A DNA stretch of 60,392 nucleotides, the filler included, from Diploschistes diacapsis (Eukaryota): assembly GCA_023645945.1 (NCBI GenBank). It is 11 parts of 11 records of this genome, joined end to end, with 100 filler letters (N's around TTAATTAATTAA, not from the genome) between each part and the next. Parts side by side here need not be neighbours in the genome. Positions count along the whole stretch, not along the records: positions 33,098 to 38,484 come from JALAIB010001556.1; positions 38,585 to 43,968 come from JALAIB010001557.1; positions 44,069 to 49,445 come from JALAIB010001558.1; 8 more parts are not named here. One strand, 5' to 3'. Both the position numbers and the translations under genes were made by a program. A model generated the notes under the pieces. That model saw nothing but the letters and a program-made list of their open reading frames with translations. It was not told the DNA's origin and did no database searches. This document shows positions 34,067-47,064 of the stretch, one piece after another. Position 1 is the stretch's first letter. The number at the start of each line of letters is the position of its first letter.

Positions 34067-35622
34067 ATGCCACAAACACAAACAGCGTTACAGAAAGACC
34101 AGGACTTGCAAAGTGGAAATGAAAAGAGACCCAAGAACAGAAGGCCCGCGAGTAAGTATCTATAGTCGTGCATTACTGTTTGTCGTCTGTGTATAAGCCA
34201 TTGTGCACGCTTCTCCACGAAGACTGAACGTTCCAGATACTGCCTTTCGACAACAGAGGCTTAAAGCATGGCAGTGCGTATTGCCCAGTTGAATGTCAAG
34301 CCTATGACTTATCGTTTCCTCAAGGCCGATATTAACGCCGAAGACTGTGATACCACTTTTTTTTGTGGTGGGGATCATCTTCGCTCCTATAGGAGGTCTG
34401 CTACTGTACGCAAGCGCTCAGGTTAGACGGCCGCGACTCGAATTCTTTGCTCTACGCTGACATAGCCTGCCAGGTCGAAGAGATAGCATTGGATTATTCC
34501 CTTTGCAGCATCAACGCACCAAATACAACTACACCTGATCTGCCCATCGAGGACGGTTATATGCCCGAGGGCAGTTATTCATCCTATTTCAAGCATTCAA
34601 CAATCGGTGGTCAAGCTCCTAAATGGAGGGCCTACACAACAAATGTGAATTACTGGCAGGGTACACCCAACTCGACCGTGTCCGTACCTCCAGGCGTGAG
34701 CGTCTCAACCCGAGTCTGTCAACTGGAATTCACTATCCCGAACACTATCAACCATCCTGTGTTTCTATATTATCGACTTACAAATTTCTATCAGAATCAT
34801 CGGAGGTATGTGAAATCTTTTGATGCCGGCCAACTAGCCGGTCAAAACAACAGCCCTTTGAGCAACTGCCCCCCCCTTACCGAAAACAACGGTAAAGTCA
34901 TCTATCCCTGCGGTTTAATTGCGAACTCCATGTTTAATGACACCATCAATACACCTCAAGGTATCACCGTTCAAAATTACAGTATGACGAATCGGAATAC
35001 TGCCTGGTCCAGCGATGCTCAGTTATACGGCAATAATGGATATGCACTGGATCAGATCATTCCACCACCGTACTGGGCTGCTAGATGGGGGCCTGCCGGG
35101 TACACATCAGAAAACCCGCCTCCTAACCTGAGCACTTATGAGGAGTTTCAAGTTTGGATGCGTACGGCTGGTCTGCCCTACTTCAGCAAGCTTGCGCTCC
35201 GCAACGACACAACGGCGATGCCTGGAGGCACATATCGTGTGGACATTTTCGACTGTAAACAGCTTTCTCCTCCCCCTATATGTTCAGCTCCATGATTAAT
35301 TTGCGACAGGCTTCCCAGTAACTCAATATAGTGGGACCAAGAGTTTGGTAATTTCCACACAGACAGTGATGGGCGGAAGAAATCCATTCTTAGGCATCGC
35401 CTATATTATTGTGGGAGGGCTGTGCATCATCCTGGGTGTCCTCTTTACAATCGCACGGTTAATAAAGCCAAGGTATGAACTAGTTAAGGACAACTCCAGG
35501 GACATTCGCGCTGACTGCAGGGCAGAAAACTGGGTGATCACACCTACCTAACTTGGAATAATGATCAGTCCAGTACAGTAACCGCAACCGGAGTGTCAAG
35601 GTCAGGTAACAGTTCTGCATGA
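34067..35622 (+). CDS. CDC50: P4-ATPase flippase accessory subunit, Cdc50/Lem3 family, multi-exon
   Basis: [84 protein letters not shown] and [14 protein letters not shown]. Confidence 0.95.
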
Positions 35623-36076
35623 CGCATCTCTTTGTCTAGGCGTTAGGCGTGAGATCTGAAGTGATTGCGAAGTCTTTGTCATTTGTGGTTTTCCACTCGT
35701 CTTTGGCCATACTGAATGTATCTTGCTCTAAATAAAATGTTGTGCTACCGTCAGCCGCTTGGGATTTTCTTTCTGTAGTTTTGAAGTGGCTTGACTAGAC
35801 CACAGTCAGCGTCTATGGCTTGCAGTGGCTTAATGGATCTTGCAATCCCACTCACAAGGAGCCCAGGTCTTCCGTGGCCGTCTTCAAAATGCGTGCGAAT
35901 ACAGTCTGTTTTCATATCATTACAGCTTGTAGCGTTAATCTTTCGGCCGTGGAAATCTCATCTGTTGGCCTTTACTACTATAAGTAAGAGGTATTGGTTG
36001 TGGCGCGCAACACTGGGGGTTTCTGTGAATGATCCTCCCCATCACGCTTTGAATTCTGTATTACGACTAGTGCGTC

Positions 36077-37109
36077 ATGTTAGGATTCCTCCCATTGCTG
36101 CTCCTTGGGATATCTGTATCAGCAGAACCGACGTTGAAATCAGAGGATTTCGACGTTCATGTGGTCAAACCAAGGGATTGGGACATGGCTGGTTCTGGCG
36201 TCGGTATAAGTAATACGAACCAACTTATTCCCCGAACTTGCGAGACCAAACAACCAAGTCAAATGCTTCTCGAAGCTCACAAGCAGCTTAAGACCAAAAT
36301 GACACGCAAGCGTGCGTCCCCTTCCACCTCCTTGTACACCATCCAAACCTATTTTCATATTATCAGTACACACGATCAGGCGAACACCGTCACTAAGGCT
36401 ATGATTGCCAATCAGGTGGGAACGCTGCAGGCAGCATATGCAAACTCGAACATATCATTCAACCTTGTGGGGATAGACCATATTGTCAACGATACCTGGG
36501 CAACTGATGACAACGACGCGGATATGAAATTGGCACTCCGCAAGGGGAACTATTCATCACTAAATGTCTACTTTCAAACTAATCTAAGTACAACGGCTTA
36601 TGGCTCTCCAACCCAACTACTCGGCTACTGTACTCTTCCGACTAATGTGACCTATCAGCCTTGTATGGGTTGCTCGCCGCTGGAATTCCCTTCTGCAAAT
36701 TATGCAATGGATGGCTGTAATGTCCACGCTGGCTCTATGCCCAACGGAGCACTGGATTATTATAATCAGGGCAAGACAGCCGTGCATGAAGTCGGACATT
36801 GGTTTGGTTTACTGCATACTTTTCAGGACAATACTTGTGACTCAAACGATCCTGGGGATTATATTGATGATACACCACAGGAGAGTGTCAGTACAGACGG
36901 ATGTCCAACTGGTAAAGACAGTTGCCCGAATTGCCCTGGAGTTGACCCAATTCACAACTACATGGACTATTCGACAGACGCATGGTAGGTTTGTTCTACG
37001 TATTGGAAGCTTTCGCTAACTAGGTGCTGGTTTCAGTTATGAGGCCTTCACCCCAGATCAAGTTCTAAGGATGCAAGATATGTACGAGACGCTCAGATCA
37101 GGGTATTAA
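36077..37109 (+). CDS. Secreted zinc metalloprotease, peptidase M43 family (MEP1-like)
   Basis: Signal peptide, MKLALRKG, LLGYC, GKTAVHEVGHWFGLLHTFQ and Met-turn NYMDYS; one intron, then CYEAFTPDQVLRM. Confidence 0.93.
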
Positions 37110-37399
37110 ACCCCCACTGTGGAGTATGTTCCTTCCTCGAAGGTACGCCTCTTCCAGCATAAACTCTCGAAGACTCCTAGAAGACCCGCCAGTTATTCAT
37201 TGGTAGCTAAACAAGGAACATTTTTTCTATGCATGATACTTATGATGTACAATCGGATTATACGAACGGCGTCTACTGGTTGCACCCTGTATTCCCACTT
37301 TTATCGCATGTTCTCCTTGAATAGAGGACACGGGCAGGTGTTTGCATTCAATGGCTGCATGATCTAGTAAACTGACACAACTAAAGTAGCAATCCGCTT

Positions 37400-38484
37400 G
37401 CCATATAACCCCTTCTCAAACGACCTTATTAATTTCGTACTTGCTAATTTTCCGATTGAGTCATTGGTCTTTTTATTAAACATGGAAATATATATAAAAA
37501 AGAAGTTGAGACCAAAGATATAATTATAATTTAATATTAAATAATATATTAACCACCACATATTATTTCTATAATACTGTGATATGCTAAAGCGCCAGTT
37601 TAATACAGCTAAACCAAATAACTAAAACTTCAACTATTAGATTATTAACCTAAATAGGTTAGTCTGTTTCATTAATTTGTTACTATTGAGAGTGGAAGTG
37701 TGATCACTAAATAGGCAATAAATGAATGGTGAAATAAATGCTAAATAACTTGCATGTCAGTTTATAGTCAAATTGTAGTGTGTATAGAAGATGGATTTCA
37801 AAAGCTACTGAGGGCAGCGAGCCCTTATAGCTACAATAGGTAGGTGGGTGCCCATAGCTATAGTAGATGGGTGGATGCCCAGTGGCATTCACCATGGCGT
37901 CACTAACGACATCAGCAAGTGCAAGTGCAAGCGACACCCCCCTTGGTGGCAGTAGTAGTAGCAGTAGCAGTAGCAACAGTTAGTAGTTATAGTAGCTACT
38001 ACAATATCCACCGATACAAAATGCTTATGTCCATATAAATAATATTTTAAATAAGTATTAAATGAGCGAGATAAATCCTCGACATTTAATTCTAAAATAT
38101 TCTAATAATATCTCCTATATTGCTTCCTTTTTTCTTATTTTTAAGGCAATTCTGCTCCTTTATCAAGATCATCTCTTTATTATAGATATAACCTTAGTTT
38201 TATATCCCTAATAAGCCTGTATTTACGGCGTCGTTATACCTTTGCTCGAACTCGGCGATCCGGTTTACTAAATGTCGTTATAATTCTCGCTCGGTGATCT
38301 ATATGTTATCGATAATATCGTATCCGATTTATTATATTAAATATTACGTATTTTATTTACGTTTTTTGCGGATACGACGTTTAATTAATAATCGATCGAT
38401 TTCGTATTTTTCATTTATTTTTATCGTTATAAATGGCGGCGGTAAGGGTCGTCGGCGGTAAAGATCGTTAGCGAAATCTAATAC
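37400..38484. repeat. AT-rich RIP-like degenerate repeat cluster
   Basis: Strong TpA enrichment. Contains an LTR-like start shared with 50057 (at 37578) and a hAT-like terminal motif (at 37638). Confidence 0.6.
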
Positions 38485-39139
38485 NNNNNNNNNNNNNNNN
38501 NNNNNNNNNNNNNNNNNNNNNNNNNNNNTTAATTAATTAANNNNNNNNNNNNNNNNNNNNNNNNNNNNNNNNNNNNNNNNNNNNGCTATGTTGATTTTTA
38601 AGGCTGCCAAAAGAACTAGTCTCAACGCTGTGCTGTATGCTGTACTGTGTGTGCTGTATGTACTATGCTGCAACTGTGTTGTGTCAAAGCAGCTGGAAAT
38701 CTAAAGGCCATTCATTCTGTTCCGAGCCTGTGGTAGACTTTGACTTCTTGGTGGCTGATCATCATCCATTATCGTCGGTCAGTCAGTCGACTCCACGTGG
38801 AGCTAGTCCTGTCCTCTGCACGGGGATGGGATGCCTTTCCCCTGGAACGGGGCTGGGGAGAGAATATTGCATTGGGCGAAAAGTGCGGAGAAACATTCCC
38901 CCGTCAACTTGCCCCGCGCCTCGGTCAATGGGTCAATATTAAATGTCTGGGACAAGTTTGCGAGAATAATACTGATTTACAGCTGTCGCGTCCAACTGTT
39001 AGCACGCCTTATCACTCTCTTGCCGACATAGCGCCATAAACAGCCCCATACAAGGCAAAGCGAGCTAACAGTAGGATGCCAAGAGAAGGTCTAAGGATGC
39101 TCTATGGTAGTGTGGGGGTTTGTCCTGGCTTCTGGCAAT

Positions 39140-42100
39140 CTAGTATCTTACTAACTCATAAAAAATCTCTACCGACTGGCCTAGAGACCAGAGACCACGT
39201 CTCACTTGCTCACAAGTTTTCTTGTGCGCCTTCCATGCTGCCCGCTGGCAAGTCCTGGCCACAATATCTAGCCTGACTGCAACAGCAAGGACGATTGCCA
39301 AAGCCAAACATGTTTGACACTGTGGCCGCCGCTCGGTCAACAGATTGTTGGATGGGCTATCCGTCGCGTTTTCTGCTCTTCCTCTATCTCCTTGACTCTT
39401 ATGGGCCTTGCAGGGCTCCTCGAGGTACGGGACGGCGCCCAGAGGCGTCAAAGCTATGCGGGTCATGTACCTGCTAATCGGCCCATAGACAGACTCAACG
39501 TCACTGCTCAAGAACCGGCCCTCACCACAAGTGCATAGCGCTAGTCTTTCATGCCTTGTCGACAGCGGTATTCTGATGCCTGCGAGGTAGGGGCAGCCCT
39601 GCCTGTGCTGCCAATAGTTCGTCCGACAACGCTCCGCGAGTGCAGGCAGTAGGTGCTTCCATAAAACCGCCTCTTCGGGTCCAACAGGAATGCGTAGTGC
39701 CTTCTCAAAATGTTTTGATAAGGCACCGTTTCGATAACGCGAGCTTTGTTCAGGCAGACCAAAAATGCATCCAAGGTGATCGATGCGCTGTCGGGGTTGT
39801 AAAGCAACCTTCTGGCGATAATAATAGTATCGCTGTCTTCGTTCTCATCAACGAGCGTGAATGCCTTGACTGAACGACTTGGTGAACTGGACGGAAAGCC
39901 AACGTAAGCCTGGAACATAAGGGAGATGGATTCCTTCAACTGGAGCAAAGCACTTTTCCTGTCCGGTTTCATCGGTTGTTCTTCCGCGCTAGCGGACATT
40001 CCAAAGTGTAGTGCCAACCATGAAAAGTCTTGCTCCAGAGAGACAGGATGCAGCTTCTCCAGATCAATGTTTGACAGGCCCCATTGCAATACCTGCTGCC
40101 CACTCACGATGGTCGGGAAATGCCAGGGATCATAGCCTCCGTGCTCGCTCGGAAAGTGGATCGGGCTTGTCACTTCGACGGAGAAGTTCTGACGCTCGGT
40201 ACGAAGATTCGAAACCTTGCCGAGCACAGGGTAGTGAAAGTTGACTCCGAGTGTGGTGCTGCCGAGGCTTAGCTTCATTGCGCAGGGTGAAGCACGATCT
40301 ACAGCGATTTGTGCGCTTGTCAGGGGCACATTTGCTCCAAGAGCGTCTTGAAGAACGTCCTTTTCAAATGCGACCCTCCGTGTGACTTCCTTCGCCACAT
40401 TCTTCGGGCCAAGTCGCAGAGAGTACAGAGATTCATTTCTTATGACATGCTGACTGAGATTTGGAACCTCATTATATCCGTTGTTTGCGAAGCTGGGGGG
40501 AGAACTCAGGATTCTCACACCATCGTCTCGCAATTTGGTCTCGTATATTGTGAGCGTAGGACCTAGGACGCTGATGAACTGCATCATAGTTACCGGGGAC
40601 ACGTTCACCTCCAGCTTCACCCAGCTGTTGCGCGGATCTCCAATGAGCAGCGCGAATGAAGGTATCGCACAAGTTACAATAAGATCGGAAGAGCCAATCC
40701 AACCCTTTCTATCGTACTCGGCTCTGCAGGAAAACGGGTCCCCTTCCGAGGGATGAAGCTTTCCGAAGAACCCGTTCATAGCAAAGAAGATGTTCAAATG
40801 TTGCGAAGACTTATCATGGATCGTCATGTGCAGTCCAGGCGTACCGACATTGTCAGGAGCCCGAGAACTGAAGACATCAATTCTCTTACGCGGGACGGTC
40901 ATTACCACATAAACCACATGAGGCGTTGCTGGCTGCTCAAAGAGGATAGGTAATCGCGACCATGATGGTTTGAACTCCTGAAAGGCTCGGTGGCTACGCA
41001 AGGGCTGCTGAAAGACTTGGGAGTCCCAAATTCTGGCCAGATGGAGCCAACAGAGAAGCTCTTGGTTTTGGTTACTCCCAAGATGCATCTTTCCATCACG
41101 CTCAATCTTGTACCACAAAAGATTCATAGACTGTTCCCAGTCTGTATCGACCGTGAGCTTAACCAAACCTAGGAAGAGTACAAAACTTGCTCGTGGGTAA
41201 ACTCGAAGGTCAGAAGAAATAGGATTCCGCATCTGTCGAGCAAAAAGGCCAGAAAGAATGCCCCAATTCTCGTGAACAAACATCTTCTGATACATTTCAA
41301 AAAGGACGTCAACTAGACCACTAGCCTTGATCTTCGGAACCGTGTGGACTTGATCGGCCCTGACGACTCGTGCGTCTCCAGAAGCTGCGTACTTCCAAGA
41401 CATGCGCATCAAAAATTGCGGAGGTCTACCTGAAGCTGTACCCAGTCCCAAGAGTTCCTCAAGCACATGGTCTCTGCCACTCATGTCAGAGGTCACTCTT
41501 GTCAAATAGCCAACGGGCGCTATACCTAAAATGTTGAAGATCGTTGTCGGCTCGAAGCATAGTATCTCCTTTAGAGTTTCTGATGTTTTTGGGGCTGCTT
41601 GTAGAAGAACTTCCGTATACAACACGGCCGAAGGACGAGTATCCAGGATCGGAATGGTTGCCGGCAAGAGAGCCAGAAGACCGACCCAGTCTACAAGATT
41701 TGACGTGTCGATAGCATCAAACTTCGCTGGTAAATCCATACCATCAACCAGCAAGAGTTGCTCTGACGCCCATGGATGAACGAACAAGGGTATCTGGGAC
41801 TCAGATTTGTTTTGTAACCGGTGACAGAACGCGATGGCATCGCCGTAGTGCACCGTCAAGAGGACTCTGCGTGCCTCTGCTGCTTCTGCCCACGCTTGGC
41901 ACCATTTTTGGAATTGCTCTTTAGCTAGTTCCACGACTCGCTGAAGGCGTGAGGCCTCGTCTTGCGTTTCGAATGCTTCGGCAATATGAAAACTCATCAC
42001 CGGATCGGTGCCGTAATGCACGGCAAATTTTCCATCTGGTGCAGAAGAGACTGCCAGCAGAGGATTGATAATACCCTTGGAAGCACCAAGTTCTTCTAGG

Positions 42101-42791
42101 TCTTTCTTGTTACCTCCAACAACCCCTGTGGTCCAGTATCTGCGAAAGACATCCGGCAGAATCTCGAGGGACTCTATCTCCCTGGGTGCGGCTGCACGTA
42201 ACCCGGACAGCACTCTGATGGTCTTTGTGTGTTTTTCATACAGCGCTCTTATCTGCGATCAATCTTGCGACCATGGTTCTGTTTTAGTTTCCCCTTCATC
42301 TTCATCATGTCGCTGTATGCTTGCCAGACCGCGCGGATTTTCTGCAAAGAGAACAGACTCGAAAATCGGATGATCTTGCCATAGGCAGACGAGCTCCATT
42401 GTTCCAGGGTGTTTGACACCTCAAGCAGTTTGGCAGTACTGGACAACAGGTAGGTCTCATCCTTTTTGGTGATATAGAAATGGTAGTAGATGTTCCAAAG
42501 CGATTGCATGGGCATGGCGCTTTCCTTATCCGCCAAAAGAGTGGCAAAGAGCAAGATGTTGCGAGCAAGCACTGCCGCGTCGAGATCGCAGACTGTGAAG
42601 GCCAGCTCTTTATAGAGATCGTGATTACTCCATGTTGTGTACAGAACACCTCTGGCATCTCCGCAGCCGAGGCAGAGAATCCTAACTTTCTCATCCTTGT
42701 CCAATCTTGTATCACGCAGGAAGTTGACAGCCGGAGTATTGCCGATGGCATAGAACCAATAGCGGAGGTTGCTACGAAAGGGAATCAGCAT
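39140..42791 (-). pseudogene. DUF4470 plus MYND zinc finger protein, multiple frameshifts
   Basis: FYAIGNTPA..ILCLGCGDAR..TVCDLDAAVLARNILL, RYWTTG, HYGTDP..FH, IDTSNLVD, LWKHLLPALAERCR, LCTCGEG and CQRAAWKAHKKTC. Frame breaks at ~42260 and ~39720, plus a pair at ~39308/39250. Confidence 0.85.
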
Positions 42792-44068
42792 TTTTACGAA
42801 ATAATGCGCAACTATTTATGAGCGAGGCAGACTTGATGGACAGAATCCAGGAGTTGATATGATGAGGTAGGATAGAAATGAAAGACGGTCCAAAGCTCTC
42901 TGGTAAACAAACTACATGAGACCACCTTGGCTGATATAGACTGGAGAGTAGAAAGGGGGGGGTTAAGGTGCAGGCTCTCACAAAGCCGTGCCTGCGGATT
43001 AGGAATCTGCTCTTACGTGTCTGCGAGGCTTCTTGCAGATGAGGATTTAAGGACGAGCAGTAGCCCGCAGCAAGACCTGACGTGATAGGGGGCCCTGTTT
43101 GAATTTTGGTAACAAACATACTATCAGTAGATCGTGCAAGGGCGCAGCTGTTTTTGATAAAATAGAATCCATGGACAAGTATCCACTGACAAAAAAGTAC
43201 CGCAAGACATCGAAAACAAAGCCAGTAGCTGCTTCAAATATCTTCAGCTCGATTAACTGGAGCAGCATCGTCCTTTGTGCTAGAAAATAATTCTTTTTCC
43301 CGCTGTAGATAGATAGCCGCCTCTCACAAGGCACAAGCTTCTTCCTTCCAGGTGGTGAGGTTCACACAGGGGGGGGGATCCATACTCCTTTTCCCGCTGC
43401 AGAGCTGCGAGAAGAGCCAGGATAGCGAAAGCCACCCCGGTTACCACAAGATGAAGATACAGTGAATGTGGCTGCTGCGTCGTGAGCGCGGAGCGCGCCG
43501 TCATCGTCCCTTGAACGTCGGCTTGAAAAAAGGGATTGCATGCGGGAAGAAGGTTGGTCGTTTAAGGGGGGGGGGTGGAATCCAAAACAGGGAATTCCGC
43601 TTTCTGTTTTGCTCAGCCAGCCCTACTTGTATTGGGGACCTGACGCGCTAGTTGTGCGCGCCCGGGGCTGGTAGCCGGTTTGAGACTAAGCCCCTTCGGG
43701 TCAGCGGCTGATAATATGCTGTCAGGACTTCTTTACGGGTGGGTTCGTGTCGGTTTTTTGTCTATCAAAAAGAAAAAAAGCTATTGTTCGCGTGCGTAAA
43801 CAGCCGACTTCATACAATTACGAAACTTAAGAATTAAAGATATTGAATGTGACTCGTTTTTGATCTAAAATCAGGACTTATCGCGTGGCTTTTTTTTGCT
43901 GAGAAATGCGAATAAGGGTAATGGCAGCGGTAGCAGCAGCGTCGGTAGCGGGGTTGGGGAGTGCTGGGNNNNNNNNNNNNNNNNNNNNNNNNNNNNNNNN
44001 NNNNNNNNNNNNTTAATTAATTAANNNNNNNNNNNNNNNNNNNNNNNNNNNNNNNNNNNNNNNNNNNN

Positions 44069-44669
44069 CTTCCTTTCCCACCACATAATCATACCTCTTC
44101 GGCCCCGAAACCGGGCTACTAAGCCAAATCTGCCTATTCGGCGGCTGTTTATTCAGGACATACGTCCCTTTCGGCGGGAACACGAGGGTCAGGACACCGG
44201 CCTGCAAAGCACACAAGCAAGTAGGAGAAAAGTCAGCTCGTTCGCGCAATCAACGTGGGGGAGGGGAGGTTGGTGGGGGATAGGTGTATAGTTAAAATGA
44301 AAGGGAAAGTAAACGCACGCTGTATTCAACATCCACCTCCTCCCGCTCCTCCTGTAGTTCCTCGAGCTCGGCGACCAGCGCGTCGATGTAGGCGTCTGCG
44401 TGCTTGTGGTAGGAGTCCTGCGACAGGGGGGTGGGTGCCGCGGCGTGCGCGGCGGCGGATTGGTGTGCGGCGCAGGGCCTCGGCGTGGAGGAGAGGTGCC
44501 GGGCTGGGGTTACTGGCGAGGGGAGGTTTATGCTTTTCTGCGTGGAGTTGTGGGGGCGGCGGTGTGTGAGGAGGGAGAGGCGACGGGTCGCTTGGGTGCG
44601 GGAGATGAAGGGCGAGCGGTGGCTGCGGAGGGCGCGTTTAGGATAGGAGAGGACTGAGGGAGGTGGCAT
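44069..44669 (-). CDS. YFH1: Mitochondrial frataxin, 3' truncated by contig end
   Basis: Basic presequence, then [10 protein letters not shown]...DVEYS|AGVLTL...[28 protein letters not shown]. Confidence 0.95.
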
Positions 44670-45124
44670 TGCTGGTTGCAAGTTGGAGGGGGTATAAGGT
44701 TAGAGCGCAGGCGTTGTGAGAAGCGGCCATCTATGGTTGAGGAGGGTATTCCACAAAAATGCGAGGACAAGCTTCCGTGCAGAGTTTCGTCATTGGGGGC
44801 GGAAACTATAAAGGTCCAGCCATTAGCGTGGCCTGACCAATAGAGTATCGTGCATCAGCTTAGTCGCGGGAGATACAAATAGGGCGTTCCATGGGAGTAG
44901 CTACGCTAAGAACTAGACATATTCAACCCGCATAACTAGTACTTGATAACACTAGAGCCGAGAAAGTCTCTTTCTCACTCTACATCCCGGCCTCCTGAGA
45001 TATAGCCTTATTTTCATTGTCTTCATTATCTCGCGCAATGGTGGCTACCAATCGAACCTTGCTCTTTTGCCCTACAAGGTCAACATACTTCTGCGTAGTG
45101 TCAATCTCATTGGAGACTCTTTCC

Positions 45125-46309
45125 CTAGAGCTTTCTCCCTAAGCGACTCCCCATAGCAATAGCCCTCGCCAGATCAGCCACCGAGGCCCCGCTATTAATA
45201 TCGAAAACCGACACCTCTGCCCCGAACCCCGGAGCGATCTAACCTCTTAGCGTCACAGATGACAGCGAATTCACGCTGATCGAGACGATAGGCTCTTGAT
45301 GATCGATCGTCTTGGAAATTGACAGTATGTCTACTAACTTTTCCACAACCATTGACGCGGCAAAGGCGGCAGCTGCGGCAGTCGTGTCTGCTTCGACGAA
45401 GCGCCGCTTAGCTTCGCTGGTGGGCGCTGCAGCTTTACTCCTGCCGCCGCTGGCATTGCTGGCTTCTTGGTCGGTATCATGAAAGTGGAGGAAGTGTCGT
45501 ATCAACGCATGTTAAGCAGAGTGCCGCCGGCTCTGAAGCGCTGTGAGCTTGGACATGCCTACAATGGCTTGATTACATGTAAGATCAAGACTGGTCCAGG
45601 GTTGGGTTATAGCAGTGCCCCAGAAGAGATAGGAGTTGGGCTTCGCTTACTACCTCGGTAAAACCAAGTCTCAGGGCATGTCTAGCAGATGTCTGTGTTC
45701 GAAGAGGACCCCCATCGTAGCGACGGGACTGGAGATGATGGATGCAGCTTTTTTGCACTGGGAGTTTCGGTAGGCAACCATGGCATCTTGAACCTATTGC
45801 CTACAGAATAGCTCAGTTGGCCCACGTTACCAGTGATGCTGACGAACGAGGAGAGCACGATGAAGTCTGGGCCTCGTGGGAGCGCATCGTATAAGTTTGA
45901 CGTTCCCTTGATCTTAGGGCCTGTGACAAGCTTCCAGCCATCATACGACATCTTATGAAATAGAACTCCTGAGTCGATCGGCTTTCTTCTGATGGTTTCA
46001 TTAGGCTTGTTTACGCCTACCTTGAGTACTGCCGCCCCTTGCACACAACCGCTAATAGGGGGTAGAATGCCGTCGTAACTTCCTAGTTCTGTTTCAAAGA
46101 AGCCATGTTTGTGATCTCGCAGACTGGCATTTCAACCGTGTCCCCCAATGCGCTCAATTCCTCCCAGAGCACTTGAGCTGTCACACTATGAGGGCTAGAT
46201 CTTGATAAGATAAACAGATGCTTTGTCCCTTCTTTGCTATGTAAAAGACGATTGTGCAGCCAATGCTACTAAGACCACTATTAATGACATAAATCGTGTT
46301 CATTCTAAA
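45125..46309 (-). pseudogene. Relic C-terminus (KR + ACP) of a reducing polyketide synthase
   Basis: TIYVINSGLSSIG (degenerate GGLGGIG), KHLFILSRS, PISGCVQGAAVL, PKIKGTSNL, GNVGQLSYSVGN and ACP-like SVNSL (GVDSL). Several frameshifts and stops; no KS or AT domain. Confidence 0.85.
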
Positions 46310-47064
46310 GGAAGTCATCTTTCGGGAATGGGTGATCTGTTACTAGGTGCAAATCAAGTCCAGACACGATTCTTCAGCTCACCAACTGATTCTTAATCGA
46401 GACGTATGAGTCTTATATCACTGTATGACTGCCTACCCTACGCAACCTCTTGGTAAAGGGGTTCAGCACCGAGTCTCTGGTCTCGAGATTGCGATCTTTC
46501 CTGTCGGTGCAGGTTTCCTGAGAGGGCTCGAGAGAGGCAAGCAAGCGATCGGAGAGCAGTAAACGTTCAGGGAGCAACAAGCGCTCGGCCGATGAAGAGG
46601 CCAAGCACCAATGGTACGAGTAGCATAATGCAACTAACGTGACTGTGACTATAGCAGACAATATGGGAAAGCATGACAAAGACATTGGAGTAGCGGTTGA
46701 CACTTGCGGTTCCATTCAACAGTGTAGTTGCTGCATCTCTTCTTCATGTCCACAGCTACATGAATGTTCGAGAAAAGTCGGACCAGCACAAGGCAATGAA
46801 ACGCTTCTCGAGCAACGGTATGGCTGAACATGAGCTAAATTTGGATGTTATGGGGACTGCATCTGCCATAACGAGCGGCGTAGGTTGCACTGGACAGGCG
46901 CTTGCCCCCATATCTCTTTATCACACTTTCTCTCTTTTCTTCGATGTTCGTTCCAAAAAAATTTACTACACAAACAAAGACCGATAAAGCTGAAAGAATA
47001 ACCTTTAAGGTCAATCATCAATATGGCCGCCACAGAATCCGAATCAGCTCTAACTTCAATTGAA

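Noticed and set aside
43600..43968. Possible structured RNA or tRNA in GC-rich intergenic sequence
   Set aside because: No cloverleaf, A/B-box spacing or snoRNA box architecture could be established by eye; tRNAscan-SE or Infernal would be needed.
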